64,000 nt of DNA from Chloroflexota bacterium (GTDB lineage Bacteria > Chloroflexota > Limnocylindria > Limnocylindrales > CSP1-4): the NCBI GenBank assembly GCA_021787395.1, contig JAJYLZ010000011.1, positions 2,196 to 66,195 on the forward strand, read 5' to 3'. The notes under the pieces were generated by a model that was not told where the DNA came from, searched no databases, and saw only the letters and a list, made by a program, of their open reading frames with translations. This document shows positions 56,829 through 64,000 of this stretch, in pieces. Position 1 is the first letter of the stretch; the number at the start of each line of letters is the position of its first letter. Made by a program: the position numbers and the translations under genes.

Positions 56829-58325
56829 TCAGGCGCCCGTCAGCTCGTCTCCGAGGCGCACTACCGCATCCACCAGCTCGACCACCTCGCGCTCGGTGGT
56901 CCGCGGGTTGATGAAGCACGGGCGGATGGCGAACCGGCCGCCGACCTGCGTGCCCGACGGCGTGACGCTCGTGTCGCGGCGCAGCCGGTCCAGGATGGCG
57001 CGGTTGAGCTCGTCGCCGTCCACGCCCGCCCCGGGACGGTACCGGTAGCAGACGACCGAGAGCTGCGGCTCCATCAGGAGCTCCAGCCGCGGGTGGGCGC
57101 GCACCCGGTCGGCGATCTCCCGGGCGAAGGCGACGTGGCGCTCCACGCGGGCCACGACGCCCGCACGTCCGATCTCGCGCAGCACGGCCCACACTGCCAC
57201 CCCGCGCGGCGGCGCCGACAGCTCCAGCGACTGGTCGCCCCAGAGGCCGCCCATGGCGTCGAACTGGGAGCGCGCCTGCGCCAGGTCCTCGCGGAACGAG
57301 CCCTCCAGGTAGGCCGCCTCCCCCTCGGCGAACGCCCTCGTGAGCACCCCGGCGTCGCGCACGTAGGTGGCCCCGACCCCGACGCCGGTGGCCAGCCACT
57401 TGTGCGGGTCCACGATCCAGGAGTCGGCCGCCTCGACGCCGGCGAACAGCGGCCGCAGGCGGGGCGACGCGTTGGCGACCAGCCCGTACGCGCCGTCCAC
57501 GTGGAGCCAGGCGTCGAAGCGCCGGGCGATGGCGGCAACGCGGTCGATGCGGTCCACGCTGCCCGTGTCCGTGGCGCCGGCGCAGGCCACGACGGCGATC
57601 GGCAGGACGCCGGCGCGCGCGTCAGCCGCCAGGGCCGCCTCGAGCTCGTCCTCGCGGACGCGCCCGTCGGCGTCCACCGGGATCGGCACCACGGCCTGGC
57701 GGCCCAGCCCCAGCACCGCCGCCGAACGGTGCACGGTGCGATGGGCGAGCGCCGACGCGTAGACCCGGCCCGGCCGCCCGTCGAGCGTCCCGTCCTCAGC
57801 GACGCTGTGCCCCAGTCGCTCGTAGGCCGCCTGGCGCGCGCTGCCCAGGGCGATCAGGTTCGCCGACGAGCCGCCGCTCGAGTACACGCCGGTGACCCCG
57901 TCGGGCAGCCCGCACAGGTCGGCCAGCCAGCGCAGGCTGGTGTGCTCGATCGCGTTGAACGCGTGGAGCGTGTAGCGCTGGCCGCCCGCGAAGGCGGTCG
58001 CGGTGAGCGCCGCGGCCCCCGAGGTGGACGCGCCGGTGGTGATGAAGCCGACGAACCCGGGCGAGCTGATCCGGCTCCCCCGTCGCACCACGGCCGAGAG
58101 TTCGTCCACGGTCGCGTCGATCCCGACGCCGGTCTCGGGCAGCGGCCCCTGGCCCGGGTCCCCGGGCGCCGGCCGGTAGGGCGGGAACGGCGCCGTGGCG
58201 TGGTCGGCGGCGAACGCGTCGAGCGCCGGCGCCAGGCGGGCGAGGACCTCGCCGAACCGCCCGGTCTCGGCGGGCTCCTCCGGGGGCGCGGCGGGCTGGG
58301 CGACGTCGGCGGCGTGCAGGGTCAT
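56829..58325 (-). CDS. Group II pyridoxal-dependent decarboxylase
   Basis: SSGGSSANL, VACAGATDTGSVD, HVDGAYG and DPHKWL (PLP lysine). ATG 58325 lies 8 nt after GGAGAG. Confidence 0.85.
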   Translation of the reverse strand: MTLHAADVAQPAAPPEEPAETGRFGEVLARLAPALDAFAADHATAPFPPYRPAPGDPGQGPLPETGVGIDATVDELSAVVRRGSRISSPGFVGFITTGASTSGAAALTATAFAGGQRYTLHAFNAIEHTSLRWLADLCGLPDGVTGVYSSGGSSANLIALGSARQAAYERLGHSVAEDGTLDGRPGRVYASALAHRTVHRSAAVLGLGRQAVVPIPVDADGRVREDELEAALAADARAGVLPIAVVACAGATDTGSVDRIDRVAAIARRFDAWLHVDGAYGLVANASPRLRPLFAGVEAADSWIVDPHKWLATGVGVGATYVRDAGVLTRAFAEGEAAYLEGSFREDLAQARSQFDAMGGLWGDQSLELSAPPRGVAVWAVLREIGRAGVVARVERHVAFAREIADRVRAHPRLELLMEPQLSVVCYRYRPGAGVDGDELNRAILDRLRRDTSVTPSGTQVGGRFAIRPCFINPRTTEREVVELVDAVVRLGDELTGA

Positions 58326-58459
58326 CGGGACGCTCTCCGGGGATGGGCTCGGGGCCTTCAGCATAGACCGCGCCTGCAATGGCGGGCCCCGCGGCCCCGG
58401 CGGACGTGCAACCATCGTCGGCGGAGGGGATGCACCACGGAGCGGCGAGGCGGACCACG

Positions 58460-59686
58460 ATGACGATCGAGGCGGCGGGGATCGACGGGGCGGCGGGCCT
58501 GGGGGCCGCGGTGATCGCGGACGTGGAGGCCCACGCCGCGCACAACTACCACCCGCTGCCGGTGGTCCTCGCCCGCGGCGAGGGCGCCTGGGTCTGGGAC
58601 GCCGACGGCCGCCGCTACCTCGACCTGCTGGCCGGCTACAGCGCGCTCAACTTCGGCCACCGCCACCCCCGCCTCGTCGCGGCCGCCGAGGCGCAGCTCG
58701 GCCGCCTGACGCTGACCAGCCGGGCCTTCCACAACGACCTCCTCGGCACCTTCGCGCGCGAGCTCACGGCGCTCTGCGGCATGGAGGCCATGCTGCCCAT
58801 GAACACGGGCGCCGAGGCGGTCGAGACCGCGCTCAAGATGGCCCGCAAGTGGGGCTACGAGCGCAAGGGCGTCCCCGAGGGCCGGGCCAGGATCGTCGTG
58901 ATGGGCGGCAACTTCCACGGCCGCACCACCACGATCGTCGGCTTCTCCGACGACGCGTCGGCACGCGACGGCTTCGGCCCGTTCACGCCCGGCTTCGTGC
59001 GCGTCCCCTTCGGCGACGCGGCGGCGCTGGCCGACGCGATCGACGACGACACGGTGGCGGTGCTGCTGGAGCCGATCCAGGGCGAGGGCGGCGTGATCAT
59101 CCCGCCCGAGGGCTACCTGCGGGCGGTGCGCGCGATCTGCACCGAGCGCCACGTGCTGATGCTCGCCGACGAGATCCAGTCCGGCCTCGGGCGGACCGGA
59201 CGCACCTTCGCCTGCGACCACGAGGACGTCGTCCCGGACGCCTACATCCTGGGCAAGGCGCTGGGCGGCGGGATCCTGCCGGTCTCCGCGGTGGTCAGCC
59301 GCCGCGAGGTGATGGACGTCTTCCGCCCCGGCGAGCACGGCTCCACCTTCGGCGGCAACCCGCTGGCCTGCGCGGTCGGCATCGAGGTCGTCCGGATGCT
59401 CCGCACCGGCGAGTTCCAGGCACGCGCGCGGGAGCTGGGCGAGGTGCTCGCCCGCGGGCTCGCGTCGCTGCCGTCCGCGCGGGTCGCCGGCTTCCGGGCC
59501 CGGGGCCTGTGGGCCGGCGTCGACCTGGTCGGGCGCACCGGGCGCGACGTGTGCGAGGGGCTGATGCGCCGAGGCGTCCTGGCCAAGGACACCCACGGCA
59601 GCACGATCCGCCTCGCCCCGCCCATCGTGATCGAGCGGGCCGACCTCGAGTGGGCCGTGGAGCAGCTCCGCGCCGAGCTGGGCTAG
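58460..59686 (+). CDS. rocD: Ornithine--oxo-acid aminotransferase (class III aminotransferase)
   Basis: HNYHPLPVV, SALNFGHRHP, NTGAEAVE.A.K.ARKW, GNFHGRT, DEIQSGLGRTG, LGKALGGG..P.SAV and HGSTFGGNPLA motifs. Confidence 0.88.
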   Translation: MTIEAAGIDGAAGLGAAVIADVEAHAAHNYHPLPVVLARGEGAWVWDADGRRYLDLLAGYSALNFGHRHPRLVAAAEAQLGRLTLTSRAFHNDLLGTFARELTALCGMEAMLPMNTGAEAVETALKMARKWGYERKGVPEGRARIVVMGGNFHGRTTTIVGFSDDASARDGFGPFTPGFVRVPFGDAAALADAIDDDTVAVLLEPIQGEGGVIIPPEGYLRAVRAICTERHVLMLADEIQSGLGRTGRTFACDHEDVVPDAYILGKALGGGILPVSAVVSRREVMDVFRPGEHGSTFGGNPLACAVGIEVVRMLRTGEFQARARELGEVLARGLASLPSARVAGFRARGLWAGVDLVGRTGRDVCEGLMRRGVLAKDTHGSTIRLAPPIVIERADLEWAVEQLRAELG

Positions 59687-59735
59687 CAGGCGCCGGCGGC
59701 GGCCATCGGGCGGCCGACGTGCCGCGCCCCGGGCG

Positions 59736-61286
59736 TCAGCCGAGCTCAGGCGTCCCCTCAGGCCCCGTCGCCGAGGGCTCTGCCGTCCGGACGCCGGCCG
59801 GCATGGCGTCGGCGGGCACGGCCGCGGGGTCGCCCAGCTGCGCCGCGGGCATCATCCGGACCGCCAGCACGAGCGCGGCGGCGGCCGCGGCGGCCATCAG
59901 CCAGTAGACCACCTGCAGCCCGGCCCGGAGGTCGTCGCGCCCGGCGGCCAGCTGCTGGGGCGACAGCAGCTGCCGCCCGACGGGGTCCAGGATCGCCGAC
60001 GACGCCGCGCCGACGAACGCGGCGAGGATCCCGCCCATGACGCCCACGCCCACCGAGCCGCCGATGGTCCGGCTGAACTGGACCAGGCCCGTGGCGGTGG
60101 CGCGCCGCTGCCAGGGCACCGCGCCCTGGACCATGATCAGCAGCACGGTCGAGGAGAAGCCCATCCCGAGGCCCACCACCGCGCACGCCGCGGTGGCGAA
60201 GGCCAGGGAGTCGATCTGGGTGGTCTGGGTGGTGGCCAGAGAGCCAACCAGGATGAGCACCGAGCCGGCCAGCACGAACGGCCGCGCGCCCACCCGGTGG
60301 AGCAGCCGCCCGGAGATGATCGAGCCCGCCGGCCAGCCGATCGACATGGCCGCCACCACGGCGCCGGCCTCGACCGCGGTCCCGCCCTGCACGCCCTGGA
60401 CCAGCGGCGGCAGGAACGTCGTCAGGCCGAACATGACGATCCCCGCCAGGGTGCCGATCCAGAGCCCGGCCCGGATCAGCGGCACGCCCATCAGGTCGAG
60501 GTCCACCAGCGGCTCCGCCACTCGCCGGGACTGGCGGACGAACAGCCAGAACAGGGCCGCGGCCGCCCCCAGCATGGCGAGGAACGGGAGCGACACCCAG
60601 CCGAACAGCTGGCCGCCCTCGGAGACCGCGAACAGCAGCAGCACGACCGAGCCCGACAGCAGGGCGGCGCCGGACCAGTCGATGCGGTGCGGCCGGCGCT
60701 CGAAGCGCTCGTGCAGCCGGAGGCCGATGATCGCCGCCGCCAGCAGGCCAACCGGGATGTTCAGCTCGAACACCCACGGCCAGCCGACGGTGGACGTGAT
60801 GAGCCCGCCGATCGCGGGGCCGACGATCGCGGCGATCCCCCACACGCCCGAGAAGAACCCCTGCATCCGGGCCCGCTGCCGGGGCTCGAAGATGTCGCCC
60901 GCGATCGTGAACGAGATGGGCTGCACCGCGCCCGCGCCAAGCCCCTGGATCGTCCGGAACGCGATCAGCATCAGCATCGAGCTCGACAGCCCGCACAGCG
61001 CCGACCCGGCCACGAACAGCGCCAGGCCGACCAGGAAGATGGGCTTGCGGCCGTGGATGTCGGCCAGCTTGGCGTACAGCGGAACGGTGGTGGTGGACGC
61101 CAGCAGGTAGGCGGAGAACACCCAGGCGTACTCGGACAGCCCGCCCAGCTGGCCGATGATCGTGGGCATCGCCGTGCCCACCACGGTGGAGTCGAGCGCG
61201 GCCACCGCGAGGGCGGCCATCAGGCCGACGGTGATGAGCCGCTGCTCGCGGGTGAGGGGCGGAAGGGGCGTCTGGGCGGCTGCCAT
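59736..61286 (-). CDS. MFS transporter, DHA2 (14-TM, EmrB/QacA-type) drug/metabolite exporter
   Basis: LDSTVVGTAMPTI, KLADIHGRKP, RTIQGLGAG, with about 14 hydrophobic segments. Confidence 0.9.
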   Translation of the reverse strand: MAAAQTPLPPLTREQRLITVGLMAALAVAALDSTVVGTAMPTIIGQLGGLSEYAWVFSAYLLASTTTVPLYAKLADIHGRKPIFLVGLALFVAGSALCGLSSSMLMLIAFRTIQGLGAGAVQPISFTIAGDIFEPRQRARMQGFFSGVWGIAAIVGPAIGGLITSTVGWPWVFELNIPVGLLAAAIIGLRLHERFERRPHRIDWSGAALLSGSVVLLLFAVSEGGQLFGWVSLPFLAMLGAAAALFWLFVRQSRRVAEPLVDLDLMGVPLIRAGLWIGTLAGIVMFGLTTFLPPLVQGVQGGTAVEAGAVVAAMSIGWPAGSIISGRLLHRVGARPFVLAGSVLILVGSLATTQTTQIDSLAFATAACAVVGLGMGFSSTVLLIMVQGAVPWQRRATATGLVQFSRTIGGSVGVGVMGGILAAFVGAASSAILDPVGRQLLSPQQLAAGRDDLRAGLQVVYWLMAAAAAAALVLAVRMMPAAQLGDPAAVPADAMPAGVRTAEPSATGPEGTPELG

Positions 61287-61497
61287 GGGACGCCGAGTCT
61301 ACCGGCAGTCGGCGGATCGGGCGGCCAGCGGCCGGGCCTCGCCCGGCCCGCGTGGCGCGGGCGATACTGCCGTCCATGCATGCCCTGGCCGCCAGTCTGC
61401 ACCCCGCTCGCCCCGGACGGGCCGGCCAGCGCTCAGCCGCCGCATCGCAGGGCTCGGCTGCCGCGCGGCCCCGACCCCCAGCCCAGGGCACCGTGCG

Positions 61498-62277
61498 ATG
61501 ACCCGCCCCGACGACGTCACCCCGCTCCCTCTCGCCGAGACCGCTCGGCTGCTCGTGCTGACGGGCGCCGGGATCAGCGCCGAGTCCGGGCTGGCGACCT
61601 TCCGCGGCGGCGGCGGCCTGTGGGAGGCGGAGCCGGTCGAGGAGGTCGCGACGCCGGCCGCGTTCGCCCGCGACCCGGCCCGCGTCTGGCGGTTCTACTC
61701 CCAGCGCCGCGCGGCTGCCAACGCCGTCCGGCCGAACGCCGCCCACTTCGCCCTGGCGGAGGCGGAGCGCCGCATGGGCGAGCGGTTCCTGCTCGTCACC
61801 CAGAACGTGGACGGACTCCACGCTGCGGCCGGCAGCGAGCGCCTCGTCGAGCTCCACGGCTCCCTGTGGCGGGCCCGCTGCTCGCGGTGCGGCCGGCCGC
61901 CGTTCCCGGACCGACGCTACCCGGTGGAACCGCCGCTGCCCTCGTGCGACCGCTGCGCGGCCGATGGGCGCGGGGTCGCGTACCTCCGCCCCGCCGTCGT
62001 CTGGTTCGGGGAGCCGCTCGACGCCGGTGACCAGTACCGGGTCACGGGCTTCCTGAGCCGCGGCCGCCTCGAGCACGCGCCGCTGCTGTTCCTGGCCGTC
62101 GGCACCAGCGGCACCGTCTACCCGGCCGCCGCCTACGTCCGCTACGCGGCCGAGCTCGGCGCCACCACCTGGCTCGCCAACCTCGAGCGGCCCGACAACG
62201 CGTGGGCCTTCGACCACGTGGTTGAGGGCGCAGCTACCCAGGTGGTGCCGCGACTCCTCGGCCTGGACGGCTTCTAG
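61498..62277 (+). CDS. cobB: NAD-dependent protein deacylase (Sir2 family)
   Basis: LTGAGISAESGLATFRG, TQNVDGLH, ELHGS, zinc ribbon CSRCG...CDRC, and GTSG.VYPAA. Confidence 0.85.
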   Translation: MTRPDDVTPLPLAETARLLVLTGAGISAESGLATFRGGGGLWEAEPVEEVATPAAFARDPARVWRFYSQRRAAANAVRPNAAHFALAEAERRMGERFLLVTQNVDGLHAAAGSERLVELHGSLWRARCSRCGRPPFPDRRYPVEPPLPSCDRCAADGRGVAYLRPAVVWFGEPLDAGDQYRVTGFLSRGRLEHAPLLFLAVGTSGTVYPAAAYVRYAAELGATTWLANLERPDNAWAFDHVVEGAATQVVPRLLGLDGF

Positions 62278-62909
62278 TTGCGCGGCTCTTGGCCTGGTGC
62301 GAGCGCCGGCCCCCCGAACCGCAGCGTCCGGAACGCGTAGACCCTCGCCTCGGGGTCGCGCCATGCCCCGTGCGGCAGGCCCGCCTTGCGGGTCGCGATG
62401 TCGAGCATGGCCACGCGGTCGAGCCCGTTCTCTTCGGCCACCTCGGGCAGCAGCAGGCCCCGCCGGCCGCCCAGCTCCACGACGATCCCGTCGACCCCGA
62501 GCCGCCAGGAGAGCGGGTCCTCGAGCCGGGCCATCGGCCCCAGCACCGAGACGTCCACCTGGAGCCGTGGGAGCTCGTCCGGGGTCACCGGCCGGAATCG
62601 CGGATCCGTGCGCGTGGCGCAGGCCGCGGCCTCGGCCACCGAGTCGTCCACGGGCCGATCGGGATCGAGGATGCCCATGCAGCCGCGCAGTTCGCCGCCC
62701 TCGGTCAGGGTCACGAACGCCGACGCGGCAAGGTCGGTCAGGGACGCGTCGTGCATCGCCGCGTCGAGGGCCGGCGCGGGCTCGGCACGGCTGGCGACGG
62801 CGACAGCCGTCCTGGCCAGGGCGAGCAGCTGCGCTCGGGCCGCCTCCGGCAGCGACACCGGGCCGGGCAGGCCGGCTGCCGACTCCATCCGCGGGACTCC
62901 TGTCGTCAT
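62274..62909 (-). CDS. AMMECR1-domain protein (AmmeMemoRadiSam system protein A-like)
   Basis: AFVTLTEGGELRGCMG, SVLGPM and GLLLPEVA motifs. ATG 62909 lies 8 nt after GAGGAGG. Its stop shares the palindrome CTAG with the convergent cobB stop. Confidence 0.8.
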   Translation of the reverse strand: MTTGVPRMESAAGLPGPVSLPEAARAQLLALARTAVAVASRAEPAPALDAAMHDASLTDLAASAFVTLTEGGELRGCMGILDPDRPVDDSVAEAAACATRTDPRFRPVTPDELPRLQVDVSVLGPMARLEDPLSWRLGVDGIVVELGGRRGLLLPEVAEENGLDRVAMLDIATRKAGLPHGAWRDPEARVYAFRTLRFGGPALAPGQEPRN

Positions 62910-63046
62910 GGCGCGCACCTCCTCGTCCTCCGGCATGGTGCGCCCGACCGGCCGCCGCGCGCAGGGCGGGATGGCCCGAAACCGGCCGGGCGGCCCTTCC
63001 GGGCGCGTCCAGCCGTGGGCGAGACTGGCCGCCGGAGGTTGACCCC

Positions 63047-64000
63047 GTGCCCAACCCGCTGACCCGAGCCGCGCCGGAGGCGCCGGTGCCGAGCCTGCTG
63101 GCGGTGCCGCAGGACGACGGCGCCGTGCGCTGCGGCGTGTGTTCGCATCGCTGCCTGGTGCGGCCGGGTCGGCGCGGCATCTGCGGCGTCCGGGAGAACC
63201 GCGGCGGGGCACTGGTGGCCACGGCCTACGGGAGGGTGGTGGCGGAGGCGCTCGACCCCATCGAGAAGAAGCCGCTGTTCCACGTGGCCCCCGGGTCCAC
63301 GGCGTGGTCCATCGCGACACCGGGCTGCCCGTTCCACTGCACGTTCTGCCAGAACTGGGAGATCGCCCAGGGCCCGCGGCTGGGGCTCGACCTCCCGGTG
63401 CGCCGCCTCGCGCCCCAGGACGTCGTCCAACAGGCCCTCGCCCTGGGCGCCGACGCGGTCGCCTACACCTACGTCGAGCCGACGGTGTTCCTCGAGTTCG
63501 CCCTCGACGTCGGGCGCCTGGTCCGGGCGGCGGGCCTGCGCAACCTATGGATCACCGACGGGTACGCGACCCCCGAGGCGATCGAGCTGCTCGCCGGGTT
63601 CGTGGACGCGGCCAACGTCGACCTCAAGAGCTTCGACGAGCGCTTCTACCACCGGCTGTGCGGCGCCCGCCTCGCCCCGGTGCTCGAGGCGATCCTCGCC
63701 ATGCGCGCGGCCGGGATCTGGCTGGAGATCACCACGCTCGTCATTCCCGGCCAGAACGACAGCCCGGGCGAGCTCGGGGCCATCGCCGGCTGGATCGCTG
63801 AGCACCTCGGCCGCGAGACGCCCTGGCACGTCAGCCGCTTCCACCCGGCCTTCCGGATGTCGGACGTGCCCCCCACCCCGCTCCCCACGCTCAGGCGGGC
63901 CGCCCAGATCGGCCGGGAGGCGGGCCTCGCCCACGTCTACGTGGGCAATGCTCCGGAGCTGCAGGCCGAGGACACGTGGTGCGTCGGCTGCGGCACGCTG
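63047..64000 (+). CDS. AmmeMemoRadiSam-system radical SAM activating enzyme (3' end beyond the window)
   Basis: VRCGVCSHRCLVRPGRRGICGVREN, DPIEKKPLFH, CPFHCTFCQNW (CxxxCxxC), AYTY.EPTVF.E, ANVDLK, and the tail WCVGCG. GTG 63047 lies 8 nt after GGAGG. It is absent from the ORF track because it has no stop in the window; the track ORF 63139-63801 is a wrong-frame shadow. Confidence 0.85.
   Translation, partial: MPNPLTRAAPEAPVPSLLAVPQDDGAVRCGVCSHRCLVRPGRRGICGVRENRGGALVATAYGRVVAEALDPIEKKPLFHVAPGSTAWSIATPGCPFHCTFCQNWEIAQGPRLGLDLPVRRLAPQDVVQQALALGADAVAYTYVEPTVFLEFALDVGRLVRAAGLRNLWITDGYATPEAIELLAGFVDAANVDLKSFDERFYHRLCGARLAPVLEAILAMRAAGIWLEITTLVIPGQNDSPGELGAIAGWIAEHLGRETPWHVSRFHPAFRMSDVPPTPLPTLRRAAQIGREAGLAHVYVGNAPELQAEDTWCVGCGTL

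Noticed and set aside
61376-61501. 41-codon upstream ORF ending in ATGA at the cobB start, preceded by GATACT
   Set aside because: The peptide is a featureless Ala/Arg/Pro sequence. Open frames of this length are expected by chance at this GC content. There is no SD and no way to assess conservation here.
59758-63222. 1154-aa minus ORF spanning the MFS, cobB and AMMECR1 region
   Set aside because: It is out of frame or antisense relative to three well-supported genes, and its translation is Arg/Gly/Pro-rich.
63139-63801. 220-aa plus ORF in the track
   Set aside because: It is in the wrong frame. The frame starting at GTG 63047 encodes a clean radical SAM protein that simply has no stop inside the window.

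Overview
Very GC-rich bacterial chromosomal segment (roughly 70% or more by eye, not computed). High GC makes stop codons rare, so every real gene has long spurious antisense or out-of-frame ORFs. I therefore called genes by recognisable protein motifs, Shine-Dalgarno spacing and stop/start overlaps.

Positions 1-44.6 kb are almost entirely housekeeping:
- ftsH N-terminus, then tRNA-Val followed by a T-box leader and thrS
- infC-rpmI-rplT, pheST, and cvpA-mpg-mutS2
- a class A PBP, and tyrS
- a tightly overlapped his operon (TrpR-like regulator, then hisG-C-B-H-F-IE), with hisA divergent and hisD absent
- an EF-G paralog, yebC-ruvC-ruvA, then amtB-glnK and an S9 peptidase on the opposite strand, then ruvB
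- a DUF2905 protein, tgt, recA-recX, a class-A beta-lactamase-like hydrolase, rny-ymdB, a PHP phosphoesterase, and miaB-miaA-hflX

Gene order (T-box on thrS, RNase Y, cvpA-mutS2, recA...rny-ymdB) is Firmicutes/Chloroflexi-like despite the GC content.

Positions 44.6-64 kb look accessory. The best candidate for an undescribed system is a translationally coupled cassette at 45.2-50.2 kb. It has a near-consensus promoter, then:
- a Met/His-rich protein with no domain I recognise
- a 749-aa group II PLP decarboxylase-like protein
- a zinc-ribbon class III nucleotide cyclase
- a CPBP intramembrane protease

The rest of the accessory region contains:
- a small divergent ORF with an AT-rich repeat island, next to an ABC-2 exporter
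- a CWC cysteine-rich protein coupled to an O-methyltransferase
- a GH15 hydrolase, followed by a 460-nt unexplained gap
- a divergent PLP-decarboxylase / ornithine-aminotransferase pair
- an MFS exporter and a sirtuin
- a partial AmmeMemoRadiSam locus

I saw no rRNA, CRISPR array, transposase or integrase. All homology statements come from motif recognition by eye, not database searches.
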